64,000 bases of DNA, from contig JAHJMO010000009.1 in assembly GCA_018821245.1 (NCBI GenBank), forward strand, positions 199-64,198, written 5' to 3'. The notes under the pieces are model-generated. The model saw only the letters and a list, made by a program, of their open reading frames with translations. It ran no database searches and had not been told where the DNA came from. The DNA is from Patescibacteria group bacterium. Lineage in GTDB: Bacteria > Patescibacteriota > Microgenomatia > UBA10105 > UBA927. The translations under genes and the position numbers were made by a program. This document shows, piece by piece, positions 1-9,920 of the stretch; the stretch's first letter is position 1, and every line of letters starts with the position of its first letter.

Positions 1-1
1 A

Positions 2-1795
2 ATGAGAATAAGCGACGAAACCGGCACATTGGACGTAATTTGGTTTAACCAACTGTACTTACCCAAAATTATTCACCCCGGCGACACGATACATGTAGCA
101 GGTCAAATAAACTGGTTTGGACGAAAGCTTGTAATGTTGTCTCCGGAGTATGAAGTATTAAATCTACAAATAAAAGATTATCTTCATACGGGCAGACTCG
201 TACCGGTGTATCCGGAAACTTCCGGAATTACGTCGAAATGGCTGCGGGCTAGAATCGCTTATGCGTTAGGAAAGGCAGGCAATCAACTCGTGGAATATTT
301 ACCCCATGAGATCATAACCCGCGAACACTTGCCGGGAATACGCGAGTCTATCCGGCAAATTCATTTTCCCGACAATCGGGAACTGGCAGCGCGCGCCCGG
401 GAGCGACTGGCGCTCGAAGAATTATTACTCCTTATTTTACGAGCTCACGACCAAAAACGCAGTTGGCAACAGAGCCAAGTCGCGAAGAAACTGACCATCC
501 AAAACACCGAAACGGGCCGATTCGTTTCAAGCCTGCCCTTCACCCTCACCGATGATCAAAAGAACGCTACAAAAGAAATTTTGTCTGATATTACCAAAAA
601 TATTCCAATGAACCGTATTTTGGTGGGAGACGTCGGATCGGGCAAAACCGTTGTAGCCGCTATAGCTATCTACGCTACGTACAAAAATAACCTTAGATCC
701 GTCATTATGGCTCCGACACAGATACTCGCACTTCAACATTTTCGGACGCTGACATCATTGCTCGCGCCATTTGGAATAAAGACATTTCTTATAACCGGTG
801 GAAGCCCTAAAAAAATTGACCCTGCGGATGTATACGTTGGTACGCATGCGCTTTTGGCACATAAAGCGCAGTTTACGCGCGTCGGATTAGTCATCATCGA
901 TGAACAGCAACGTTTTGGTGTCGAGCAACGACGGCTGCTTGAATCCAAAAACAAATCCAAATATGTGCCTCATTTCCTGACAATGACAGCCACACCGATC
1001 CCGAGAACCATGGCAAAAACGCTTTACGGAAATCTGGATTTATCCGTACTTACCCAAATGCCACTAGGCAGAAAACTTGTCAAAACCTGGGTCGTGCCTC
1101 TCTATAAACGCGAATCGGCGTACCGCTGGATTGAAAAACAAATTTTAAGCGAAGAATCCGGAGCTTTCATAGTCTGCCCATTCATTGAGCAATCAGAAAG
1201 CCTGTCTACGGTTCGGGCGGCCAAGACAGAATTTAAACGCCTCCGGTCGGAAGTTTTTCCCAGCTTACAGTTAGGCCTACTCCATGGCAGGCTCAAAACA
1301 AACGAAAAACATCAAATCCTCGATCATTTTAGAAACAGAAAACTCGACATAGTAGTCACGACACCGGTTGTTGAGGTGGGCATCGATATTCCCAATGCCA
1401 CCATCATGCTTATTGAGGGAGCCGATCGTTTCGGACTTGCGCAACTGCACCAATTGCGGGGGAGAGTGGGTAGAGGGACTAAGCCCTCCTATTGTTTGCT
1501 TTTTACGGAAAGCACGATAGACAAAACCATCGAACGGCTGCGGACTCTCGAAACGGTTCATAACGGTCCGCAACTGGCAGAAATAGACCTGAAGCTGCGC
1601 GGTCCCGGAGAGATCTTCGGAACGAAACAACACGGAATTCCGCTTTTGCGGATCGCAAGTTTGGGTGACAGCAAACTCATAGCCAAAGCGCAATTAAACG
1701 CCCAATCATTAATCTCCCAAGACGCAGATCTTCACCAATTTCCCCTCTTGAGAGCCAAACTCAAAGAGAGTAAAATTGAATCTGTTCAAGATTAA
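2..1795 (+). CDS. recG: ATP-dependent DNA helicase RecG (5'-partial at window edge)
   Basis: Walker A ILVGDVGSGKTVVA, DEQQRFGV box, helicase C-domain motifs QLRGRVGRG; ORF runs off the window start. Confidence 0.85.
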   Translation: MRISDETGTLDVIWFNQLYLPKIIHPGDTIHVAGQINWFGRKLVMLSPEYEVLNLQIKDYLHTGRLVPVYPETSGITSKWLRARIAYALGKAGNQLVEYLPHEIITREHLPGIRESIRQIHFPDNRELAARARERLALEELLLLILRAHDQKRSWQQSQVAKKLTIQNTETGRFVSSLPFTLTDDQKNATKEILSDITKNIPMNRILVGDVGSGKTVVAAIAIYATYKNNLRSVIMAPTQILALQHFRTLTSLLAPFGIKTFLITGGSPKKIDPADVYVGTHALLAHKAQFTRVGLVIIDEQQRFGVEQRRLLESKNKSKYVPHFLTMTATPIPRTMAKTLYGNLDLSVLTQMPLGRKLVKTWVVPLYKRESAYRWIEKQILSEESGAFIVCPFIEQSESLSTVRAAKTEFKRLRSEVFPSLQLGLLHGRLKTNEKHQILDHFRNRKLDIVVTTPVVEVGIDIPNATIMLIEGADRFGLAQLHQLRGRVGRGTKPSYCLLFTESTIDKTIERLRTLETVHNGPQLAEIDLKLRGPGEIFGTKQHGIPLLRIASLGDSKLIAKAQLNAQSLISQDADLHQFPLLRAKLKESKIESVQD

Positions 1796-1830
1796 GAATC
1801 TGCGATTTGTTTATTTGTATATTAATTTAT

Positions 1831-2028
1831 ATGACTCCATTACCTAAACGCAGACACAGTACCCGCCGCGGCGGCAAACGAAAGGCCTCAATTCATGTTG
1901 CGAACGTCAAACGTACGCGCTGCTCAAACTGCAGTAGCTTGAAGTTTTCACATCGGGCGTGCGCAAACTGCGGGAAATATAACGGCAAAGTGGTACTTAC
2001 AATCAAAACCAACAAAGCAAAAAAATAG
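1831..2028 (+). CDS. rpmF: 50S ribosomal protein L32
   Basis: MTPLPKRRHSTRRGGKRKA... is the L32 N-terminal signature plus a Cys cluster; ATG at 1831 inside the longer tracked ORF. Confidence 0.8.
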   Translation: MTPLPKRRHSTRRGGKRKASIHVANVKRTRCSNCSSLKFSHRACANCGKYNGKVVLTIKTNKAKK

Positions 2029-2040
2029 TGACACGCATTC

Positions 2041-2403
2041 ATGAAAACTTCTCAAGATCCGCGTCATCAGCGAAGAATTAAACTGATGGAACAGTTATTT
2101 ACTTTGGGTTTCGGTCAAAACTCGCGTTCAAAAGCGATTGGAGCCATACGCCCACATCTATCCGATATCGACAGACGCATTCAAGAAGCAGCACCGGAAT
2201 GGCCGATTGAAAAAATCGCCAAGATAGATTTAGCAGTTCTGCGGCTCGCGCTCTATGAGTTAACCGCAACGCGCAAAGAACCTCCCAAGGTAATCGTCGA
2301 TGAAGCGGTAGAACTGGCAAAAGAATTCGGGAACGACAATAGTCCAAAATTCATAAACGGAGTATTGGGTACAATACTCAAGAAGGAGGGTATACAATGC
2401 TGA
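2041..2403 (+). CDS. nusB: transcription antitermination factor NusB
   Basis: RHQRRIKLMEQLF N-terminus, DEAVELAKEFGNDNSPKFINGVLG C-terminal NusB motif. Confidence 0.8.
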   Translation: MKTSQDPRHQRRIKLMEQLFTLGFGQNSRSKAIGAIRPHLSDIDRRIQEAAPEWPIEKIAKIDLAVLRLALYELTATRKEPPKVIVDEAVELAKEFGNDNSPKFINGVLGTILKKEGIQC

Positions 2404-3086
2404 CATTCGAGGGCCTTCAAAAAACAATCGGAATACGGTTCCGCGATCAAAAGCTTTTGAAAGAAGCATTTATTCACCGTTCATACCTCAATGAGTCGAA
2501 ACAGACGAAAGAATCGAATGAACGGCTGGAGTTTTTGGGCGACTCCGTTTTATCATTTCTAACCTCACATTTCCTTTATGAAAAATACCCTAACTATCCG
2601 GAGGGAATACTTACGAATATTCGCTCAAGCCTCGTAAAAACAAAAAGCCTCAGCGATGCCGCCAAATCCATCGGCTTAGGAGACCTTCTCTATTTAAGCC
2701 GTGGCGAGGAAGATTCCGGTGGACGCAGTAATGCATCGCTTCTTGCTGATGTTTTTGAAGCATTGCTTGGAGCTATATACTTAGACCAAGGAACCAATAA
2801 AGCACAGCAATTTCTACAAACATGCCTGTTTCCTAAAGCCAAAGATATTGTCGACCAAAAAGCATACATAGACTACAAAAGCCATTTGCAGGAAATTGTC
2901 CAGGAAAAAGTTCGCATCTCTCCTCTCTACCGTGTCGTCAAAAGCGAGGGCCCGGATCATAACAAAATCTTTTGGGTAGAGGCTGTTGTAGACAATGAGG
3001 TCATTGGTAGGGGTTCCGGAAAATCCAAGCAAGAAGCGGAGCAAGCCGCCGCACTGGCGGCTCTTGAGAGGAAGTACAAATCATGA
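2397..3086 (+). CDS. rnc: ribonuclease III
   Basis: ERLEFLGDSVL catalytic signature, C-terminal dsRBD; 7-nt overlap with nusB. Confidence 0.9.
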   Translation: MLTFEGLQKTIGIRFRDQKLLKEAFIHRSYLNESKQTKESNERLEFLGDSVLSFLTSHFLYEKYPNYPEGILTNIRSSLVKTKSLSDAAKSIGLGDLLYLSRGEEDSGGRSNASLLADVFEALLGAIYLDQGTNKAQQFLQTCLFPKAKDIVDQKAYIDYKSHLQEIVQEKVRISPLYRVVKSEGPDHNKIFWVEAVVDNEVIGRGSGKSKQEAEQAAALAALERKYKS

Positions 3087-3099
3087 TATCATACGCATC

Positions 3100-3333
3100 A
3101 TGGTAAAAATTCGTCTTTCACAAACCGGCAAAAAAAATCGCATAATGTACAGGATTATCGCTATCGATGAACGGAAAAAGCGCGACGGGCAGGCTATAGA
3201 AATACTAGGACACTACGATCCTCACATGAACCCTCCGAAGCTTATTATAAAAAAAGACAGAATAGAGGAGTGGGTACGTAAGGGAGCACAGCTTACCGAC
3301 GGCGTTAAAAAATTATACGACAGAGCATCATGA
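3100..3333 (+). CDS. rpsP: 30S ribosomal protein S16
   Basis: MVKIRLSQTGKKNRIMYRIIAIDERKKRDG matches the S16 family; internal ATG at 3100 chosen over the 2995 extension. Confidence 0.9.
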   Translation: MVKIRLSQTGKKNRIMYRIIAIDERKKRDGQAIEILGHYDPHMNPPKLIIKKDRIEEWVRKGAQLTDGVKKLYDRAS

Positions 3334-3560
3334 AGGAAACATTGCTGTTTATACTCCAGCGTATCCTTGATCATCCAAAAGACATTAGAATTGAGGAAAT
3401 ACAAGAGGAAGGTCGTACTATTCTCTCCGTTTCCGTTCATCCGGAAGATATGGGCAAAATTATCGGAAAAGGAGGCAGAATCATCCGCGCTGTGCGGGAC
3501 ATTGTCAAGCTTCTTGCTATAAAACACAAAACGTACGCCGATGTAGTTCTTTCGGAATAA
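3330..3560 (+). CDS. khpA: KH-domain RNA-binding protein (YlqC/KhpA-like)
   Basis: GKIIGKGGRII KH motif; classical position between rpsP and trmD; ATGA overlap with the rpsP stop. Confidence 0.75.
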   Translation: MKETLLFILQRILDHPKDIRIEEIQEEGRTILSVSVHPEDMGKIIGKGGRIIRAVRDIVKLLAIKHKTYADVVLSE

Positions 3561-3583
3561 CAAACGAAGCGCCGTCTTCTTCT

Positions 3584-4309
3584 ATGCATATTTCTATTTT
3601 GACGCTGTTCCCTGAAATGTTTACGGGTCCATTCCAGCAATCAATTATTAAAAGGTCGATTGCGAAAAAAAAGGTAAGCATTTCTTTCATAAATATACGG
3701 GATTTCGCGAAAGACGCGTATCATTCCGTCGATGATCGCCCTTTCGGCGGAGGTGTCGGGATGATTCTGCGTGTGGATATAATCGACCTCGCACTGCAAA
3801 AAGCTCTTCAGGCTGAACATGAGAGATCTAAAACCCGCGTTGTTCTTCTGGACCCGGGAGGCGTGCCATACGTACAAAAAAAGGCAAGAGAGCTTGCTGG
3901 CATGGAACACCTTATCTTGATTTGCGGACACTATGAGGGAGTTGATGACCGCATCCGCCAACTGGCGGATGAAGAAATTTCAATCGGAGACTACGTGCTT
4001 TCCGGCGGTGAAGTGCCGGCCATGGTTATCGCCGACAGCGTCATACGATTGCTCCCCGGAGTTTTAAACCAGAAGGTTGCTACCGAACGTGAATCCTTTG
4101 AAACGTCAACACTGGAGTATCCTCAATTTACGAGACCCAGGTGTTATAAAGGTATGAAGGTGCCATCCATTATCATCGGCGGAAATCACACAAAAATCGC
4201 TCAATGGCAGACAAGGGAGTCTACTATCAGGACCCAAAAAAGCCGGCCCGATCTTCTGAAACCCGAAAGTCACACGGTTATTAATAAGAAAAAGGGTCGT
4301 CCCTCATGA
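3584..4309 (+). CDS. trmD: tRNA (guanine37-N1)-methyltransferase TrmD
   Basis: MHISILTLFPEMF..., PFGGGVGM, SIGDYVLSGGE motifs of SPOUT TrmD. Confidence 0.9.
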   Translation: MHISILTLFPEMFTGPFQQSIIKRSIAKKKVSISFINIRDFAKDAYHSVDDRPFGGGVGMILRVDIIDLALQKALQAEHERSKTRVVLLDPGGVPYVQKKARELAGMEHLILICGHYEGVDDRIRQLADEEISIGDYVLSGGEVPAMVIADSVIRLLPGVLNQKVATERESFETSTLEYPQFTRPRCYKGMKVPSIIIGGNHTKIAQWQTRESTIRTQKSRPDLLKPESHTVINKKKGRPS

Positions 4310-5039
4310 AAGGAAGAGGCTCGGAGTCCTGAGGCTGCAATCCGCTTTCACCGACAAGTTGCATCGAGGAAATGCTTGTCAGCAAATCTTGATCATCTTG
4401 AGTAAAAGCCTCAATACGGTCAGATGGTTTCCCTATAGATGTTGGAAGTGGAGTATAAAATGCATTCATGTCAGCACTCATCGTCAACACATCGCCTTCG
4501 CCCTTCGCCAAACTAAAGGCTTGAACTCTCACAAAACGCCGGACAGAATTGGCTGCCTCAAGGAAATCACGTATTTGCTGATACGTCCCGTTGATTGAAG
4601 CGGCAAACGGCATAATCGTGCTTGAAAGTTGTATTTCCTCTGTGTTCTTTGTAACCCCAGAGTTCGTCGCTATCTTCCCGACAGCAGAAACGGTTATATC
4701 GGCAAGCGTCACCCCTGACAAGTTGGCAACTCCTTCTATTGTGGAAAAAAGTGAAGCAACCGATTTATCTGACGGTATCGCCGAAAGGGTGAGTGCCACT
4801 TGACTTCGCAATGTATCTTCATCCGTGGAATTAAGAAGATCAATTTTGTTCCGTAACAGCATCACGGTTTCCGAAAGCTCCTTTGCATTGCTACGCATTG
4901 TACTCGCTTTTTTATATGCCGGCACAACGCCGACAACAACAGCTACCACGCACAACAAAAGGAGGCTTATTGATACGATTGTCGTACGATACGGACGCAA
5001 TATTCTACCAATCTGTACCAGGGTGACATTAATGGTCAT
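4281..5039 (-). CDS. pilO: type IV pilus assembly protein PilO-like
   Basis: N-terminal TM helix plus coiled coil, position after pilM-pilN; family assignment from architecture only. Confidence 0.5.
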   Translation of the reverse strand: MTINVTLVQIGRILRPYRTTIVSISLLLLCVVAVVVGVVPAYKKASTMRSNAKELSETVMLLRNKIDLLNSTDEDTLRSQVALTLSAIPSDKSVASLFSTIEGVANLSGVTLADITVSAVGKIATNSGVTKNTEEIQLSSTIMPFAASINGTYQQIRDFLEAANSVRRFVRVQAFSLAKGEGDVLTMSADMNAFYTPLPTSIGKPSDRIEAFTQDDQDLLTSISSMQLVGESGLQPQDSEPLPFMRDDPFSY

Positions 5040-5577
5040 ATACTTGATAAAATGAAACGCTCATGTTTACACTCCCGTCTTCCTCAAGCGATAACGAATC
5101 TAAAAATGGCTGACGGATGTTTTTCTGGTCTACGCTGGCCATGATGTTTGCTACCATATCTATGGCATCTTCCAAACGTCCTGCGGTAAACCTGGCTGCT
5201 ACTTTGCCCCCTTCATCAAGGGAAAGGCTGGTAGGCAATGTAGACGATCCGATCGCGTCTATTGTATCCAAAACAACAGCACGCGACTTCATAGTGGCGT
5301 AAACTTTTCTTATACTATTAAGCCTCTGTAAAAACGACGTCAAAAGCCCTTCTTTCTGACCATTTTCTGCTATCTGTTGCAATAACAGAGTCTTCTGTTC
5401 GTCGAGAGACCGGTATTGACGAACCAAAATAAATAAATACCCACCCACGGATCCGCTCAACAAAAGTGTGATAATTAAACAAACGATACTTACTTTCCGA
5501 AGATTTGACTCCCACAATCCCCACGCGGGAGATAATGGTTTTGACTTTTGCAGTAAATTGATGCCCTTTTTTTGCAT
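5029..5577 (-). CDS. pilN: type IV pilus assembly protein PilN
   Basis: N-terminal INLLQ (PilN INLLP motif), single TM, follows pilM. Confidence 0.6.
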   Translation of the reverse strand: MQKKGINLLQKSKPLSPAWGLWESNLRKVSIVCLIITLLLSGSVGGYLFILVRQYRSLDEQKTLLLQQIAENGQKEGLLTSFLQRLNSIRKVYATMKSRAVVLDTIDAIGSSTLPTSLSLDEGGKVAARFTAGRLEDAIDMVANIMASVDQKNIRQPFLDSLSLEEDGSVNMSVSFYQVYDH

Positions 5578-5590
5578 ACCGTTTGCGCTT

Positions 5591-6613
5591 TTACTCCCGC
5601 AGTGCTAATCCTACAGCAACACCAAATACAGGGCCCTCTTTATCCAGCACCTGAAATCTGGACTCCCTCCTGATTCCTACCCAGGGATTAGCAAGCTGCG
5701 TTTCGATACCCATACTCTCTGCGACATACACAATCATACCAGGGAGCTTTGCCGAACCACCGGAAAGAATAATTGCTCCTACTCGTTCTTCTTTATATTT
5801 CTCCTGAAAAAATGCAATTGCCCTTTTCATCTCATTGATAATCGTGTCCATAATAGGCTTGACGGTTGCCACAATTTTGCCTTCTAGTTTATCGCTCTGC
5901 AATCCGTATGTTCTTTTATATTCTTCAGCCTGACCGGGGCTGAAATCAAATCCCTGAACTAAAGATCTTGAAATTGCCTCGCCTCCGGCGCTTATCGATC
6001 GCGTAAATACAAGAATCCCATTTCGCAAAATCGCAAGGTCTGTTGTTTTTGCACCTATAGAAGCTATCATCGTAGCTTTTATGTCTGATGTAGCCCGTGC
6101 CAGAGCCCGTGTAGATGCAATTATTTCCGTTTCCGCGGCAACCGGCGTTAACTCCGCAAGCTCCAGGAATGTCAAATATTTATCCAACAATACCTTAGGC
6201 GCCGCAACCAACAGTACGTCCATTTTATTTGTCCCTGTCTCACGGCTGTCCCGCAAAACGCTATAATCCAAATTTACCTGATCAAGCGGCAGAGGGATAT
6301 ACTGTTCGGCTTCCCATTGAATGGCGGACGATAGTTCGCGGTCTGACAGCTGCGGGACCTCTATTACCCTCGTAAATACCTGCGCTTCGGGAAGGGCAAT
6401 ATTAACCTGATCGGATTTTGCACCGGCATCTTTTATCAATTTCTGGATAGCCAAAGCTACCGCTTGTTGATCGGCCGGTAAATTTGAGGAAAGCTCTTTT
6501 GTTAACGCCGGTATACTTCCGGCAGCACGTAATATGGGGCCTTTACTATCTTGTTCTATCTCTATAAGCTTTATACTATGAGAGCCTATATCCAAACCGA
6601 GCAGGGATTTCAT
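5591..6613 (-). CDS. pilM: type IV pilus assembly protein PilM (actin-like ATPase fold)
   Basis: LGLDIGSHSIKLIE N-terminus, GG...S sugar-kinase/actin fold motifs. Confidence 0.75.
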   Translation of the reverse strand: MKSLLGLDIGSHSIKLIEIEQDSKGPILRAAGSIPALTKELSSNLPADQQAVALAIQKLIKDAGAKSDQVNIALPEAQVFTRVIEVPQLSDRELSSAIQWEAEQYIPLPLDQVNLDYSVLRDSRETGTNKMDVLLVAAPKVLLDKYLTFLELAELTPVAAETEIIASTRALARATSDIKATMIASIGAKTTDLAILRNGILVFTRSISAGGEAISRSLVQGFDFSPGQAEEYKRTYGLQSDKLEGKIVATVKPIMDTIINEMKRAIAFFQEKYKEERVGAIILSGGSAKLPGMIVYVAESMGIETQLANPWVGIRRESRFQVLDKEGPVFGVAVGLALRE

Positions 6614-6630
6614 ATAGTTATTTTATTATA

Positions 6631-7464
6631 TCAATGACCAAACATCGATTGACTATATACGACAGAATCAAGGATAGAAGCAGGGGTCCGATATTGTTGA
6701 TATACAATTACTTTTCTGCTGGTACCGGATTGGGTTGTGCCCGTTGATTCGATAACACTACCTTGATTTGGTAATATTGCGCTCCCGGGATCAACTGCGA
6801 CAGAAGCGTCGCTGTATTCCGGACGGATCCGTAAAGCCAAAAGGGTATCAACCGCGGGTGAAATACCCAAGCTGCCAAAAATAATCGCAGCCTCATAATA
6901 TCCGGGTTGTCCGCAGCCGCCGGTTGGCGCGCCAACGGACGTAAAATTGTTTGAAGCGACACGGGAGATGTCCGGATCATACGCAACACGAGCTACTTGA
7001 TACGATCCGCTTGGGCTTTGTTTATAATATATGTTTCCGACTATAGCCGGCGTCACCGATTCACTGCTCCAACAAATAGTCAGGGAAGATCCCGTGTACG
7101 TCGGAACTTCTTGGAGGGTACTGTCCGGATTATGGTTAACAAGCCAAAGAGTTTCTACGGATCCGGCAGGAGTCTCTTTCGGGAATTGATAAACAGAGGC
7201 CTCTCCTCCGATGGTATTTGTTGTTACGGTATATGAAACTCCGGAGGAAAGCGTATGCGGACCAGAACTCCCTGTATTTAATGCGTCTTCGATTCCTGCT
7301 TCTGCTGCATGAAATGCGCGAGCCGACTCCTCAAGAGTTGTGCTCATCGACACATCTGTTGTCGATCGCCCTATAAGAGAAAGCGCTACGGTTGAAGCAA
7401 TAGTCAACACAAGAAGCGTAATCAAAAGCACCTGCCCTTCCATGTTTTCCTTCAGATGCTTCAT
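6631..7464 (-). CDS. PilX-like minor pilin / pilus assembly protein
   Basis: TM segment followed by ESARAFHAAEAGIEDAL resembling the PilX N-terminal domain; internal ATG at 7464 chosen. Confidence 0.45.
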   Translation of the reverse strand: MKHLKENMEGQVLLITLLVLTIASTVALSLIGRSTTDVSMSTTLEESARAFHAAEAGIEDALNTGSSGPHTLSSGVSYTVTTNTIGGEASVYQFPKETPAGSVETLWLVNHNPDSTLQEVPTYTGSSLTICWSSESVTPAIVGNIYYKQSPSGSYQVARVAYDPDISRVASNNFTSVGAPTGGCGQPGYYEAAIIFGSLGISPAVDTLLALRIRPEYSDASVAVDPGSAILPNQGSVIESTGTTQSGTSRKVIVYQQYRTPASILDSVVYSQSMFGH

Positions 7465-7504
7465 AGTTCCATTGTACGGTGAGCTGGTGTGTTTGACAAT
7501 AGCG

Positions 7505-8062
7505 TTAACGCTCTTCGTTACGGAGTATTGTCGTAGAGCTAAAAGATTCGCTTGCTTTCTCAAATTGATCGACCGGGGTGCCAAGCTGCGTCAGATTGAA
7601 CGAAATCTCAATCTTTTGCGGAAGACCTGGTACGCCCGTACATTTAAATTGAAGCGAGCTTGCAGCACAAATATCTCCTCCGAGCGTTACGGAATTGCCT
7701 GTCAGGTATGACGTCCCTGCGGCGCTTACAGAGGCAATGCGTGTCACCGATCCGTCTTGCACACACCCCATCGTGGTCAATCCGCCGTCAGTACCCATAA
7801 TGGTGATCTCGGTGCTTCCTGTCCCGTAAATCCCGCACGCAGAGGCAACCTTCCGTGCGTTTTGAATCGTACGGGTGAGCGTGTCGATTGCGAAATCTCC
7901 TGATTGTTTAACCTCTTTTGTGATCTCTGACTTCGTATTGGTACGAACGGTAGTAAACAACGATTGTGTTACGACAGACGCCAATACGGCAATAATGGCA
8001 ACGGATATTAGAATCTCAATCAGGGTAAAGGCGTTCTGCCGGAGTCGCTTATCTCCGCTCAT
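7505..8062 (-). CDS. prepilin-type N-terminal cleavage/methylation domain protein (minor pilin)
   Basis: QNAFTLIEILISVAIIAVL class-III signal peptide; ATGA overlap with upstream ORF at 8059-8062. Confidence 0.6.
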   Translation of the reverse strand: MSGDKRLRQNAFTLIEILISVAIIAVLASVVTQSLFTTVRTNTKSEITKEVKQSGDFAIDTLTRTIQNARKVASACGIYGTGSTEITIMGTDGGLTTMGCVQDGSVTRIASVSAAGTSYLTGNSVTLGGDICAASSLQFKCTGVPGLPQKIEISFNLTQLGTPVDQFEKASESFSSTTILRNEER

Positions 8063-8541
8063 AATTTCCTCCAATCCGTTAAGTATGTTTCCAGAGTTGT
8101 ATATTGCGTGGTGCCCCGATCTTCCCACGAGACTGTCGACTGGATGTTCATATGACCGAGATCCGCGTCCCATGAAAGGTTTATGCTTCTTGTAAATTTA
8201 TCTCCGACATTCCCGGGGCAACTTCCGCCAAAAGCAACGCTCCAGGCTTTATCCTCCGCCAGGCACCATGTTCCGATTTTCCCCTGAAAATCTGACCAAC
8301 TGACGGAGTTGCGCAAATCACGTGTTGTTTCCATTCCTTCCTGCGCATACGATAGCGCGGTACTTTTATCTTTTGCGGACCCAATATTATGCATGGCGAC
8401 AGTTGACGCCACGATTAACGCGGTTACCAATAGTACGACCACGCTGATCGTGACAACAATCTCTACAATCATTTGACCTGAGGAGTGGATGGGCACTCGA
8501 ACTAATATATTGCGTTTAACGATTGCCGATCTTTTTTTCAT
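8059..8541 (-). CDS. pilin-like protein (atypical prepilin N-terminus)
   Basis: GQMIVEIVVTISVVVLLVTALIV hydrophobic N-terminus with conserved Glu5-like E. Confidence 0.5.
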   Translation of the reverse strand: MKKRSAIVKRNILVRVPIHSSGQMIVEIVVTISVVVLLVTALIVASTVAMHNIGSAKDKSTALSYAQEGMETTRDLRNSVSWSDFQGKIGTWCLAEDKAWSVAFGGSCPGNVGDKFTRSINLSWDADLGHMNIQSTVSWEDRGTTQYTTLETYLTDWRKL

Positions 8542-8556
8542 AAATAATTTGGAAAC

Positions 8557-9015
8557 TTAAAATCCTACTTCAGTGATGTCGCCGTTTGACGCTACCCGGA
8601 TTTCATAATTCCCTGAAGCTCCGGTTAATAAAATCGTCTCTGTCGCATCACTCGTCAATGTGTGCGTAAGCGCCCGAAAGGTAAGGGGAGCGGGAACCGG
8701 ATTAAAGGTGACTGCGGACGGCAAAACATGCTGCAGGATATCGCCGATCAGCCCTTCACTGCACAAAGCCTGTATGGAATAGCTGTTTGCAGAAAAAGTT
8801 ACATTCATCCCTATATACCCGCTGCAACCGCTTGCGGGCTTTTGAACCGATATAGCTTTTATTTGCGCCAGCCGCAGGTCGTTTTTCAGTGTTAGTGCTT
8901 CCTGGCGTATGCGCTGTTTATCGCTGTAATTATTGTAATTGGCCACAATACTGCCCGCGAGAAGCAAAAGAAGCGCTGTGGCTATAACGAGCTCGATAAG
9001 TGTAAACCCTTTCAT
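8557..9015 (-). CDS. prepilin-type pseudopilin (GspH/FimT-like)
   Basis: MKGFTLIELVIATALLLLL canonical prepilin cleavage motif. Confidence 0.65.
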   Translation of the reverse strand: MKGFTLIELVIATALLLLLAGSIVANYNNYSDKQRIRQEALTLKNDLRLAQIKAISVQKPASGCSGYIGMNVTFSANSYSIQALCSEGLIGDILQHVLPSAVTFNPVPAPLTFRALTHTLTSDATETILLTGASGNYEIRVASNGDITEVGF

Positions 9016-9028
9016 GGGTAGTAGGATA

Positions 9029-9475
9029 TTACGGGCTCTTCAGACCGTAGTTGCAGTCTATAGGCAGCGTAGTGACGCTGCTGCATAGATTTGTACCGCC
9101 ACCTGTTTCCAGATTACCGCATATACAATATCCGTAATACGAGGTGCCGCTTTTTGCCGTTGGCTTATATTTATACGTTCCTGTTGACGGATCGCCGGGT
9201 ATCGCCGGCATATATGTTGCCACGAGAACCGTTGAAAGATCCGATGTTAAAGTCCAATTACCTAGTCCGGTATCAGGATAGTATCCGAAATCTGACCGGA
9301 ACATCTCAAGAGCCGACCGCACCTGTTCCAGATCGCTTTTGCGCTTAGCGTCTCTCGATCGCTTGTTTATAGACGAGTAAGCAACGATTCCGATGGTAAC
9401 CAAAACCGTGATAATCGTCACCACTACGAGAAGCTCAATGAGTGTAAAACCCTTTTTCCGTTTACTTTGCAACAT
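9029..9475 (-). CDS. type IV pilin (PilA/PilE-like)
   Basis: KKGFTLIELLVVVTIITVL motif; internal ATG at 9475 chosen. Confidence 0.7.
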   Translation of the reverse strand: MLQSKRKKGFTLIELLVVVTIITVLVTIGIVAYSSINKRSRDAKRKSDLEQVRSALEMFRSDFGYYPDTGLGNWTLTSDLSTVLVATYMPAIPGDPSTGTYKYKPTAKSGTSYYGYCICGNLETGGGTNLCSSVTTLPIDCNYGLKSP

Positions 9476-9495
9476 ACTGTTGTAAAACACATGAT

Positions 9496-9918
9496 TTACT
9501 GAAGACTCGCTACGCAAGTATCCTGATTTAATCCGGTAAACGCCCCGTCTCCCTCAAGATCTGCGCATACTTTGTAAGCCGATGTTGTCCAGGTAACCGA
9601 AATATAACTCCCTACAGATTTCGGATCCTTCGGCTCTCCGCCGGGAAGATACGTTGCGTCCAGTACAGCAATATTGGGATATGTTCCGCCGGGGTATGAA
9701 CCTGCGTTATTAGCATAATACTGCTCTATCGCGTTTTGAAGTGCGTGAAGGTCTGACCTTCTTCTGCTGTCCCTGCCCCTCTTTTGAGCAGAAGAAAACG
9801 AAGCTACGGCAAGGGCCACAAGTATACTCATGATGGCAATGACGATAAGAAGCTCCATGAGGGTAAAACCCATATGTAGATTTGATATCTTTGATCTTTT
9901 AGAATTTATGTTATTCAT
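9496..9918 (-). CDS. type IV pilin
   Basis: HMGFTLMELLIVIAIMSILVALAV; ATG at 9918 immediately after the pilD stop. Confidence 0.7.
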   Translation of the reverse strand: MNNINSKRSKISNLHMGFTLMELLIVIAIMSILVALAVASFSSAQKRGRDSRRRSDLHALQNAIEQYYANNAGSYPGGTYPNIAVLDATYLPGGEPKDPKSVGSYISVTWTTSAYKVCADLEGDGAFTGLNQDTCVASLQ

Positions 9919-9920
9919 GG

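Noticed and set aside
527-1693. Minus-strand ORFs of 64-138 aa inside recG, and similar antisense ORFs inside gyrA, hppA, pilB and gyrB
   Set aside because: They are fully embedded antisense to strongly supported conserved genes, with no motif support. Typical spurious six-frame ORFs.
3330-4309. Possibility of UGA recoding (code 25/4), as in some CPR lineages
   Set aside because: TGA functions as a stop at rpsP (ATGA overlap with the KH gene) and at trmD (…GRPS-TGA), and many well-conserved genes end at TGA with normal lengths.
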